Below are positions 19,575-27,948 of a stretch of DNA of 64,000 nucleotides, in pieces; positions within the stretch are counted from its first letter, which is position 1, and every line of letters starts with the position of its first letter. The DNA is from Candidatus Latescibacterota bacterium (GTDB lineage: Bacteria > Latescibacterota > UBA2968 > UBA8231), in the NCBI GenBank assembly GCA_965203175.1, contig OZ241867.1, positions 5,248,001-5,312,000 on the forward strand, in the 5' to 3' direction. A model generated the notes under the pieces. That model saw nothing but the letters and a program-made list of their open reading frames with translations. It was not told the origin of the DNA and made no database searches. Both the position numbers and the translations under genes were made by a program.

Positions 19575-22043
19575 TCACGCCTTCATCTTCTTGCCTTCCG
19601 GGTCGTACAAAGGCTCTTGCTCAACTGTTGCTTGCAGACGCTCGCCAAAGTAGAGGATGTCAACGCTGGTCCCCACTTCAGTGTAGTTCATCGGCAGATA
19701 ACCATACGCAATGCCAAGGCCGATCGAGTGGCCGTAGTTGGCGCTCGTCACGTAGCCCAACACGCAGTCACCGTCCAAGATTAGCTCCTTGCCCATAACG
19801 ACGGCGTTAGGATCGTCCAGCGTCATACAGCACAGCTTGCGCGTCAGTCCTTGGGCGAGAATTTTCCGCAACGCGTCCCGGCCCAAGAAATCGCCCTTCC
19901 CCATCCTCACCGCGAAACCTATACCAGCCTCGTAAGGATTGTACTCAGTGTGGATGTCATTCCCCCACAGTCGGTAGCCTTTTTCCAAGCGCAGCGAATC
20001 GAAGGCACCTCCACCTGCTGCAACGACTCCGAACGGCTGACCCGCCTCCCACAGAACATCCCACAACCGCAAGCCCTGCTCGGCGGGCGCGTAGATCTCC
20101 CAGCCGAGTTCACCCACGTATGAGATTCGCAGCGCCAGTGCGGAAACCTCGGCTATCCGTATAGGCTTTCCGGTCAAGTAAGGAAAACCCTCGTTGCTCA
20201 CATCGTCCTCACAGACCCGGCTTAACAAGTCGCGCGCGCTTGGCCCCCATAAACCTATACAGCACAGCCCCGACGAAATGTCAGCTACCCCAACCGATCC
20301 GTCGTCCGCTAGCTGCTTCTGAATCCAGCCCAGATCGTGGTGTCCCATAGCTCCACCCGTGACCACCATAAAGCGCTTCTCACCCAGCCGCGTCACGGTC
20401 AGGTCGCACTTAATTCCGCCCCGAGGTGTGAGCATAGACGTGTATGTGATAGTCCCGACGGGCTTGTCCATCTGATTGGTCGCAAGGCGCTGGAGCGCAG
20501 CGAGCGATTCTTCTCCAGTCACCTCGAACTTGGCAAAGGGAGTAAGGTCGAACAGGGCTACTCGCTTGCGAGTGGCGACGTGTTCCGCTGCAATCGTCGG
20601 CGACCATTCTCGCGCCTCCCAGCCAGTTCGCGCTGCGCCGGTAACCGTGAGGGAGTCGAGCAGGCTCTCGTTTGCGGCGTACCACTGGGGACGCTCCCAT
20701 CCCGCGTTCTCAAAGAAGACGGCACCCAATTCCCGCTGTCGCGTATAGAACGGCGTCAGGCGGAGGTTGCGCGGGTTGGCTATCTGCTGGCGCGGGTGGA
20801 TGATGTCGTACACCTCGCGGTACTGTTGTGCAGCTCGGGCGCGGACGTAGGAGCGGCTGTACGCGTGCGGATGAAAGCGCCTTATGTCGCACTCCCGCAG
20901 ATCGCTGGTCGGCTCGCCATTTGCAATCCACTCAGCAACCGCCTTGCCAACGCCTCCAGCGTGTGTAATCCAGACGGCCTGCGCCGACCAAAAACCGCGC
21001 ACCTGGGGCGATTCGCCGAGTACGGGAAACCCATCGGTGGTAAAAGAAAAGAGGCCGTTGAACTTGCGCGTCAATCCCACGCCTTTGAGGCTCGGCAGCA
21101 CCTCTCCCGCCGCGGCCATCGCCTTCTCAAAGTGAGGCGGCGTAAACGGCATCTCGGCCGGAGCAACCGGCGCTTCCTCGTGGTCGAGAATGTCATTGGC
21201 ATCCACTAAAAGAGGTTCATGCTGATACGAGCCAATGCCGTAGCACTCGCCGACCTGCCGGAAGTACATAGCCTCGTCTTGGTGCCGCAAGAACGGCTGC
21301 GATATATCCTCAGCCGCACCAGCGAGTTCCCGCAGTGGCGTCGTAACTGCGTAGAGATGTTGCATCGGCGACAGCGGGATGGGCACGTCGGCAAGCCCGC
21401 CAACCTTTGGAGCCCAGATGCCGGTAGCAGCGACTACCAGGTCCGTCTGGATGTCGCCGCACGTAGTATGGACCGCCTTAATTCGTCCGTCCGCAATAGC
21501 AAAGCCAGTAACCTTGACGTTACTGTAAAACGTGGCACCATTCCGTTCTGCCTCTCGCGCCATCGCTTCAGCCGGCCTCGTCGCCTTCGTCTGGATGTCG
21601 GAAGGAACGTACAGCGCACCCAAAATGCGATCGGACAGCATTGGAATCCGGCTGCGAGCCTCGTCGGCGCTGAGGAGGTGGGCCTCCACGCCCCAACTCA
21701 TGCCATACCCGGCCTTGCGTTTCAGATCGGTGAGGCGCTCCTGCGTCCAAGCCACTTCAAGGCTGCCCACGCTCTTGGCGCACGGCTCGCCATCAAGTTC
21801 CAACTGGCTCCACAGGTCAACCGTATAGCGCGCGAAACCCGTCATGGTCTTCGACGGGTTGAGCTGAAAAACGAGGCCCGGGGCGTGCGAGGTCGAGCCG
21901 CCAGTCTCAAACAGCGGCCCTTGCTCGACGACGACGACATCCCGCCAGCCGAGTTTCGTCAGATGGTATGCGACGCTGCAACCTACGATGCCTGCGCCAA
22001 TGATGACGCCCTTAGCTTGCTGCGGCACTGTGGTATCAGACAT
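19575..22043 (-). CDS. Dimethylglycine oxidase/dehydrogenase-like FAD-dependent oxidoreductase with GcvT domain
   Basis: IIGAGIVG, GGSTSHAPG, AVWITHAGG, GWERPQWY, SYVGELGWEIY, SLRLEKGYRLWG. Confidence 0.88.
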   Translation of the reverse strand: MSDTTVPQQAKGVIIGAGIVGCSVAYHLTKLGWRDVVVVEQGPLFETGGSTSHAPGLVFQLNPSKTMTGFARYTVDLWSQLELDGEPCAKSVGSLEVAWTQERLTDLKRKAGYGMSWGVEAHLLSADEARSRIPMLSDRILGALYVPSDIQTKATRPAEAMAREAERNGATFYSNVKVTGFAIADGRIKAVHTTCGDIQTDLVVAATGIWAPKVGGLADVPIPLSPMQHLYAVTTPLRELAGAAEDISQPFLRHQDEAMYFRQVGECYGIGSYQHEPLLVDANDILDHEEAPVAPAEMPFTPPHFEKAMAAAGEVLPSLKGVGLTRKFNGLFSFTTDGFPVLGESPQVRGFWSAQAVWITHAGGVGKAVAEWIANGEPTSDLRECDIRRFHPHAYSRSYVRARAAQQYREVYDIIHPRQQIANPRNLRLTPFYTRQRELGAVFFENAGWERPQWYAANESLLDSLTVTGAARTGWEAREWSPTIAAEHVATRKRVALFDLTPFAKFEVTGEESLAALQRLATNQMDKPVGTITYTSMLTPRGGIKCDLTVTRLGEKRFMVVTGGAMGHHDLGWIQKQLADDGSVGVADISSGLCCIGLWGPSARDLLSRVCEDDVSNEGFPYLTGKPIRIAEVSALALRISYVGELGWEIYAPAEQGLRLWDVLWEAGQPFGVVAAGGGAFDSLRLEKGYRLWGNDIHTEYNPYEAGIGFAVRMGKGDFLGRDALRKILAQGLTRKLCCMTLDDPNAVVMGKELILDGDCVLGYVTSANYGHSIGLGIAYGYLPMNYTEVGTSVDILYFGERLQATVEQEPLYDPEGKKMKA

Positions 22044-22093
22044 CTCCTATGTCTCCCGAGTCAGCTCATCGGTTGCGATGCGGGCGTTTCCCC

Positions 22094-23185
22094 TCAGACA
22101 TCCATCGCCGGCGGTCCATCGTAGCCAATGCTCTGCCACCCGGCGACATCACCGCCCCTGAGGCGATAGGGATGCGGATACAGCTTGAGCGTGCGGTCCG
22201 CAAACGGCAGAGATACCCGCTCGTGTCCCCGATGAGCCGAGCGCACTAAGGCGATGGCCACTTCGAGCGAGTGGCGGTAGTCGTCTCCACTGCTATACGG
22301 CTCTGTGCCATCCCGATGGGCGCGCATCAGGCGCTCGATCGTATAGGTGAAGGCGTCGGCCACTGGCTGATCCAAAAAGTCGGGATATACCGGAGAAGCC
22401 GCCGCGCCGGTCCCCTCAATCAGCACGGGCCGTGGACGCGCCAAAAAGACCTGCCCGCACTCGCCAGTGACCGAGATAAAGGTCGGCACGCGACCATCCG
22501 GCTCAGGAGCGACGACCTCGCAGACGATGCCGCCGCTCAGCCCCAAGCGGCCGTACGCAGGCACATCCCCCTCCTCACTAGGAGTGCCTTCCGCCACGTA
22601 CCCCGGCACCGCCGGCAAGGTGTACCCTTCCACCCATTCCACGTCCATCCCAGTGAGGATGCGCAAAGCCGCAATCTGCACGCAACCACCGCCCGACACC
22701 TCAGTCGGCAACCCGCCCGGAATCGCCGCCGCCGTCAGCCGACCAATGTGCCCCTGCCGTACCCACTCGACCACATCGGGCATATACGGCGTCGCCCATC
22801 CAGCCTGAGCGCAGCCGAACAACGTGCCGTGCTCCCGGCAGATGCGGATTATTTCGTCGGCCTCGTGCAGTTCGTGAGAAATCGGCTTCTCGCAGGAAAC
22901 CACCCGCACGCCAGCGCGGGCGCATGCGGTGACACACGGGTAATTCTGGCCCACTGGAACCACTGCGGAGACAATGTCGGGCACTTCGGCCGCGAAAAGA
23001 CCATCGAGATCGTCGTACACCTTCTCCACGCCGTAGCGCTGGGCAATGGCATCCCGCCGCTCTCTAGCGCGATCGACGAGGCCGACAATCTCACAGTTGG
23101 GATGGGCGGCGTACGCGCGCGTATAATAGCGGCCCCACGTGCCGGCCGCACCGACGACGGCCACTCGGTATTGTCCATTAGTCAT
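22094..23185 (-). CDS. Gfo/Idh/MocA family oxidoreductase
   Basis: RVAVVGAAGTWG Rossmann motif, CEKP motif. Confidence 0.85.
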   Translation of the reverse strand: MTNGQYRVAVVGAAGTWGRYYTRAYAAHPNCEIVGLVDRARERRDAIAQRYGVEKVYDDLDGLFAAEVPDIVSAVVPVGQNYPCVTACARAGVRVVSCEKPISHELHEADEIIRICREHGTLFGCAQAGWATPYMPDVVEWVRQGHIGRLTAAAIPGGLPTEVSGGGCVQIAALRILTGMDVEWVEGYTLPAVPGYVAEGTPSEEGDVPAYGRLGLSGGIVCEVVAPEPDGRVPTFISVTGECGQVFLARPRPVLIEGTGAAASPVYPDFLDQPVADAFTYTIERLMRAHRDGTEPYSSGDDYRHSLEVAIALVRSAHRGHERVSLPFADRTLKLYPHPYRLRGGDVAGWQSIGYDGPPAMDV

Positions 23186-23244
23186 TGTTAGTCTCCTAAT
23201 TGACGAGAATAGAGGTCACAGTTATATTTTTGCGCGGAGAATAA

Positions 23245-23310
23245 ATGATGCAGAACCTACGCGCCGAACGCTACTACTACTATTACACCTCGCTTCATAG
23301 ACAGGGGTAA
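23245..23310 (+). CDS. Tyrosine-rich leader peptide (21 aa, MMQNLRAERYYYYYTSLHRQG) of tyrS
   Basis: RBS GGAGA at 23236-23240, ATG 23245, Tyr codons TAC TAC TAC TAT TAC at 23272-23286, TAA 23308-23310; ends 79 nt before tyrS. Confidence 0.85.
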   Translation: MMQNLRAERYYYYYTSLHRQG

Positions 23311-23351
23311 TGCGTTCGCTTTATCGTCTCAACCGCGTTTACAAGCCCCTG
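23302..23351 (+). promoter_or_regulatory. Antiterminator of the tyrS attenuator
   Basis: CAGGGG (23302-23307) is complementary to CCCCTG (23346-23351), the 5' arm of the terminator; extra pairing possible between GTAATGCG and CGCGTTTAC. Confidence 0.7.
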
Positions 23352-23370
23352 ATTACAGGGGCTTTTTTTT
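23343..23370 (+). terminator. Intrinsic terminator (attenuator) in the tyrS leader
   Basis: AAGCCCCTG-ATTA-CAGGGGCTT followed by a T run ending at 23370, located upstream of the tyrS start. Confidence 0.9.
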
Positions 23371-23389
23371 ATGCCCATAAGGAAATGCG

Positions 23390-24637
23390 ATGAACATCAT
23401 ACCCGATCTTGAATTTCGCGGCTTGATCTACCAAGTCACCGACCTCGACGGCCTCGCCGAACGCCTCGCTGCCGGTCCGATCGTGCTCTACAATGGCTTC
23501 GACCCAACCGCCGACAGCCTGACGGTGGGCAACCTCGTGCCGATCCTACTCCTGCGCCGCTTCCAGCTCGCCGGCCACAAGGTCATCGCCTTGGCTGGCG
23601 GCGGCACCGGCCTGATCGGCGACCCAGGCGGCAAGACCGAGGAGCGCCAGCTCAATGCCGCCGACGTCGTGGCCAAGTGGACACAGCAGGTCAAAGCCCA
23701 GCTAGAGCGCTTCCTCGAATTCGACGGCCCCAACCCCGCGATCATGGTCGATAACCACGACTGGCTCGGCCAACTCGCGGCCATCGACTTTATGCGCGAC
23801 GTCGGCAAGCACTTTCCCGTCCCCTACATGCTGGCCAAGGACTCGGTCGCCTCGCGCCTGGAAACGGGCATTTCCTACACCGAGTTCAGCTACATGGCGC
23901 TACAGGCGTACGACTTTTTGGTCCTCAACGAAAAATACGGCTGCGAGCTGCAGACCGGCGGCTCTGACCAGTGGGGCAATATCACCGCCGGCACCGATCT
24001 GATCCGCCGCTCCGCCGGCAGCCGGGCCTTTGGCCTGACTTGCCCGCTAGTAACCAAAGCAGACGGCACCAAGTTCGGCAAGACCGAGGCCGGCACAGTC
24101 TGGCTCGACGCTGTTAAGACCTCGCCTTACCAGTTTTACCAGTTCTGGATCAACGCCGAGGACCAGAAGGTCGTCGCTCTCCTGAAAACGTACACCTTCT
24201 TGGAGCAGGACGCGATCCTCCAGCTCGCCGAGACCGTCCGCGACCAGCCCGAACGGCGCGAGGCCCAGCGCACCCTCGCCGCTGAGGCAACGACCATTGT
24301 GCACGGAGCCGACGCTGCTCGCCGGGCCGAACGCATCTCGCACGCGCTCTTTTACGGGGAATTTCAGGACCTATCCGAGGAGGAAATCCTCGAAGGCTTT
24401 GACGACGTGCCAACGCACGCGATGGGTCAGGAGGAATTAGGACTGGTCGATCTGCTCGTCGCAGCCGGCGTCTCACCCTCCAAGCGCCAAGCCCGCCAAG
24501 ACGTGCAAAACGGCTCGATCTACATCAACGGCGAGCGCTGCACGGACATGGCGCGGAGCATGCGGTGCCAAGAGGGCTTACACGGCAAATACCTAATCGT
24601 GCGCCGTGGCAAGAAGCAGTACACCCTCGTCTGCTAG
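23390..24637 (+). CDS. tyrS: Tyrosyl-tRNA synthetase
   Basis: YNGFDPTADSL, GGGTGLIGDPGGK, TEFSYMALQAYDF, QTGGSDQWGNI, KFGKT, C-terminal S4 domain RRGKK. Confidence 0.97.
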   Translation: MNIIPDLEFRGLIYQVTDLDGLAERLAAGPIVLYNGFDPTADSLTVGNLVPILLLRRFQLAGHKVIALAGGGTGLIGDPGGKTEERQLNAADVVAKWTQQVKAQLERFLEFDGPNPAIMVDNHDWLGQLAAIDFMRDVGKHFPVPYMLAKDSVASRLETGISYTEFSYMALQAYDFLVLNEKYGCELQTGGSDQWGNITAGTDLIRRSAGSRAFGLTCPLVTKADGTKFGKTEAGTVWLDAVKTSPYQFYQFWINAEDQKVVALLKTYTFLEQDAILQLAETVRDQPERREAQRTLAAEATTIVHGADAARRAERISHALFYGEFQDLSEEEILEGFDDVPTHAMGQEELGLVDLLVAAGVSPSKRQARQDVQNGSIYINGERCTDMARSMRCQEGLHGKYLIVRRGKKQYTLVC

Positions 24638-25101
24638 CTCTCAGGCTGCAAGAGCGATAAGAACTGCTCAAAGTCCTGCGCAAAATCGCGTTGGATGCAC
24701 ACGACTTTGGCCGCCAGACTCGCCACCTTGTCGGAATCCAAATCCGCGGTGTATGCGTGGCGAAACAGATGGCGGAATCGCCGCAATTCATCTAGGTCGG
24801 AAGCAGTTTCTGCGGACAGGAGCGCTGGGCGGATACCCTCGATCTCTAGCTGCATCCGCCTAATCATATCCGCGTGATATCTTGCTTCGTCGATTTGGTT
24901 CTCAAAGAATCGCGCTACTTCCTCGAACAACTGCTCAAACGCGCCATAAAGGTTGTGGAGCTGGTACCCCATGCTGTCCACCCCCTCGGCACTACGAGCA
25001 AACGTGCCTAGGCGTTCCTCGATGCGACCGCCGATGCGACTGATGTCTCGGACACGCGCTCGCAACCCCGCTTCGAGAACCGCGAAGGCCCCTTTATCCA
25101 T
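24634..25101 (-). CDS. HEPN (HepT-like) ribonuclease toxin
   Basis: LHNLYGAFEQLF and LDELRRFRHLFRHAY (RxxxxH); coupled to the upstream MNT. Confidence 0.8.
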   Translation of the reverse strand: MDKGAFAVLEAGLRARVRDISRIGGRIEERLGTFARSAEGVDSMGYQLHNLYGAFEQLFEEVARFFENQIDEARYHADMIRRMQLEIEGIRPALLSAETASDLDELRRFRHLFRHAYTADLDSDKVASLAAKVVCIQRDFAQDFEQFLSLLQPES

Positions 25102-25432
25102 ACACTTTGACTCCAGACTGAGTAAAGGATTGAGGGGAAGGATGCCGGTCGAGGTCGATTACGTCCACCTCTCTGCCGGTAACATCCTCCAGCGCTTTCA
25201 TTACTTCGAGCACAACAGGTGAGCAGCCTCCCACAGCCACGTCAATGTCGGACGACTCCCGCCAAGAATCGGGCGACCGCAGCGAGCCCACGATGTACGC
25301 GGCCTCAATTCCGAGAGGTTCCCGTAGCTCCAACAGGGTACAACGAACACAGTCGAGCAACTCGGCTTGCTCTGCCGCTAGCCGCTGGCGTCGCGCTCTT
25401 ATGGCCTCGTCGAGGATGCTGGTGTCGAACAT
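25094..25432 (-). CDS. Minimal nucleotidyltransferase (MNT) antitoxin
   Basis: YIVGSL...SSDIDVAV...REVDVIDL Pol-beta NTase motifs. Confidence 0.85.
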   Translation of the reverse strand: MFDTSILDEAIRARRQRLAAEQAELLDCVRCTLLELREPLGIEAAYIVGSLRSPDSWRESSDIDVAVGGCSPVVLEVMKALEDVTGREVDVIDLDRHPSPQSFTQSGVKVYG

Positions 25433-25450
25433 ACTTTCGCCGCTTGGGCT

Positions 25451-27256
25451 TTATTCCCACTCCACCGTACCCGGCGGCTTGTGGGTAATGTCGTAGAAGA
25501 CCGCCTCAATGCCCGCTAGCGCCAACAGCCGCTCGCACACATCGTCCAAAAACGCCTGCGGCAATGGGCAAAAGCGCGCGGTCATAAAGTCGGAAGTCGC
25601 AATCGGCCGCAGCACCACGCTCTCTTGCACTCCATCCGACGACAGCGGCAAAAGCACCGTCGGCATCTGGGTCACTTCCTCCATCAGCCCGTGGCGCTCC
25701 AGCGCCTCCATGCTGATGGCATCGGCCCGGCGCAGCAGATCGAGCCGGTCGCGGGTCAAATACCCCGCTTTGATGTTTTGCTGTGGCCGCGGCGTCGGCC
25801 CCAGCAGGTAGATCACCCGATTGATTGACGGGAAGTTATTGGTCAGTTCGGTGGACAGCGCCTCTAAGGTCTTCCACTCGCGCTGGCCGGAAACCACCGC
25901 AGGATGCGCGTAGGTCCGCGAATCGCCCTGCACGCCGACGCTGCGCAACGGCAGCACATCCAGCGCCAGCCCGAATGTCGCCGCCACCTTCTGCGCCTCG
26001 GCGACTGTTTCGTGAGCCAAACCCGAGTCTGCATCCTCTGCGTCTGGCCCATCGCTACACAAAGCCCGCACCGCCAGCCCCGGCCCTGGGAACGGATGCC
26101 GCCAGACTAAGTGATGCGGCAAGCCGAGCGTCTCGCCCAAGGTGCGCGCCTCGTCCTTGTAGAGCTGGTCCAGCGGCTCGACGACCTTGCCCTCGGCCAA
26201 GAGTTGATCGATGACGCCGACGCGATTGTGATGGGTCTTGATAACCGCTGCGTTTTCCGTGCCACCGGATTCGATGGTATCTGTGTAGAGCGTCCCCTGG
26301 CCCAACAGCCATTCGTCCGGGTCCAGCGCCAATGCCGCCAGCGCTCGGTCGCGGACGCGGATGAACTCCTCGCCAATCCGCCGCCGCTTTTCCTCGGGGT
26401 CGGCAATCCCCTTCGTGGCAGCGAGGAATTCAGCGCTGGCATCGACGACTTCCAGATTGTCCAAGCCGGCTCCCTTCATCAGCCGCTCGACCATCGCAGT
26501 CTCGCCCTCGCGCATAAAGCCGTTGTCAATGTGCAACCCCAGCACCCGCTCTGCGCCCAAAGCGCGGTTGAGCAGGAGAAACGCCACCGACGAATCGACT
26601 CCGCCGCTGACGAACAAAAAGACGTTGCGCCCCTTCGCCTGCTCTTGGAGCCGCTCTATCGTCTCCTCGGTGTAGCGCTCCATCGTCCAGTTCCGCTCTG
26701 CGCCACACAGTGCGGCGAAGTTATCGAGGATCTCCATACCCCGGACGGTGTGCGTCACTTCTGGATGAAACTGCAAGCCGTATATCTTGCGCTCGGCGTC
26801 GCCCATCGCCGCCACCGGGCAGTCCTCGGTCGCGCCCAAGACGGCAAATCCGGGTGGCAGAGCTGCAACGTGGTCGCGATGGCTCATCCACACCCGCTCG
26901 CGCGCGTCCAATCCGGCCAACACGCCCTCTGCCTTGTGGACATGCAGATAGGCCGCGCCAAACTCGTGAGTCTCCCCCATTTCGACTTGGCCGCCCAAGC
27001 GATGGCAGAGCAGTTGGTGGCCATAGCACAAACCCAGCATCGGCTTGCCCATCGCCAAAATCTCGGAATTGTACACCGGGGCTTCCGGGTCATAGACGCT
27101 GGCCGGGCCGCCCGACAGAATCAGCCCGTCGGCGTCTTGCAAATCGGCAACCGCAGTCTCTGGCGAGCGGATCTCAGCATGAACGCGGAGGCGGCGAATG
27201 CGGTTGGCGATCAGGTGGGCGTACTGCCCGCCGAAGTCGAGGACGACGATGCTCAA
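25451..27256 (-). CDS. guaA: GMP synthase (glutamine-hydrolysing)
   Basis: VLDFGGQY, LGLCYGHQ, VWMSH, QFHPEV, SGGVDSS, IKTHHN, RHPFPGPGL, KPPGTVEWE. Confidence 0.97.
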   Translation of the reverse strand: MSIVVLDFGGQYAHLIANRIRRLRVHAEIRSPETAVADLQDADGLILSGGPASVYDPEAPVYNSEILAMGKPMLGLCYGHQLLCHRLGGQVEMGETHEFGAAYLHVHKAEGVLAGLDARERVWMSHRDHVAALPPGFAVLGATEDCPVAAMGDAERKIYGLQFHPEVTHTVRGMEILDNFAALCGAERNWTMERYTEETIERLQEQAKGRNVFLFVSGGVDSSVAFLLLNRALGAERVLGLHIDNGFMREGETAMVERLMKGAGLDNLEVVDASAEFLAATKGIADPEEKRRRIGEEFIRVRDRALAALALDPDEWLLGQGTLYTDTIESGGTENAAVIKTHHNRVGVIDQLLAEGKVVEPLDQLYKDEARTLGETLGLPHHLVWRHPFPGPGLAVRALCSDGPDAEDADSGLAHETVAEAQKVAATFGLALDVLPLRSVGVQGDSRTYAHPAVVSGQREWKTLEALSTELTNNFPSINRVIYLLGPTPRPQQNIKAGYLTRDRLDLLRRADAISMEALERHGLMEEVTQMPTVLLPLSSDGVQESVVLRPIATSDFMTARFCPLPQAFLDDVCERLLALAGIEAVFYDITHKPPGTVEWE

Positions 27257-27259
27257 AGT

Positions 27260-27805
27260 TTACACCTGACCTTTCAAGCTACCCCACGAAATGGGCGCGA
27301 CATTTGTCTGCGCCGAATCGAGATACAACCCCGCGCCAATGTAATAGGATGCACCCTCAATCTCGATGGGGGCCACGTAGCTTACCTTGGTGGACTCGTC
27401 CTCTCCTTCGATCGCCGGATTATCAAAGAGATATTCCGTGAATCCGCCCCCGGCTTGTGCCGCCGCGATATTCTGCTGTACGATCTTAACGCCATTGCTG
27501 TCTTCTGAGTCGATATTATTGACCCCTTCGCGATCAGGTTGGGTCGCGTGGAAGAAGCCCACGCCTTCGTAACTGGTGATGAAGATATAAATCGGTCCGT
27601 GTCGCCATTCTTCGTCGATCCTGAAGGTCTCCAAAATGGCCGTCCGTTCCGCCTCGTCTTGTGCAGATTCCAGCAGACTCTTCGCTTCCAGCACGAAATT
27701 CTTCAGCGTCTCTCGATCTACTACACCCCTTGCATCAGCAGCGGCTTTCTCTGCTCCGCCGAGCAGCCCTATCGCAACTAGGACAAATGACAATATTCGG
27801 ATCAT
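27260..27805 (-). CDS. Secreted stand-alone single Cache-domain protein with C-terminal SWGSLK tail
   Basis: Signal peptide; YIFI...FHATQPDREG...DSNGVKIV...GGGFTEYLFDNP...KVSYV...IGAGLY (Cache_2-like); ends VAPISWGSLKGQV. Confidence 0.8.
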   Translation of the reverse strand: MIRILSFVLVAIGLLGGAEKAAADARGVVDRETLKNFVLEAKSLLESAQDEAERTAILETFRIDEEWRHGPIYIFITSYEGVGFFHATQPDREGVNNIDSEDSNGVKIVQQNIAAAQAGGGFTEYLFDNPAIEGEDESTKVSYVAPIEIEGASYYIGAGLYLDSAQTNVAPISWGSLKGQV

Positions 27806-27948
27806 GATTTTCTCCCCATGATTGGTTAATGAGTGGTAAATAGTACGTAAAGGGGCTTTAGGTATATAGTCAAGGAGCGTCGGCTCTTTTCGCTTTTAGT
27901 AAATGGACTGATAGGACGCGAGCGCACCGCCAGACTATATTTGCTCGC

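Noticed and set aside
23271-23286. (CTA)n/(TAC)n microsatellite as a phase-variation tract
   Set aside because: The run is interrupted by a synonymous TAT and sits in frame in an RBS-led ORF before a terminator, so it is better explained as Tyr control codons.
23186-23389. T-box riboswitch upstream of tyrS
   Set aside because: No T-box consensus (AAnnnGGGTGGnACC) or specifier stem is visible; the leader-peptide model fits instead.
26111-27508. 465-aa plus-strand ORF
   Set aside because: Antisense shadow of guaA and the Cache gene.
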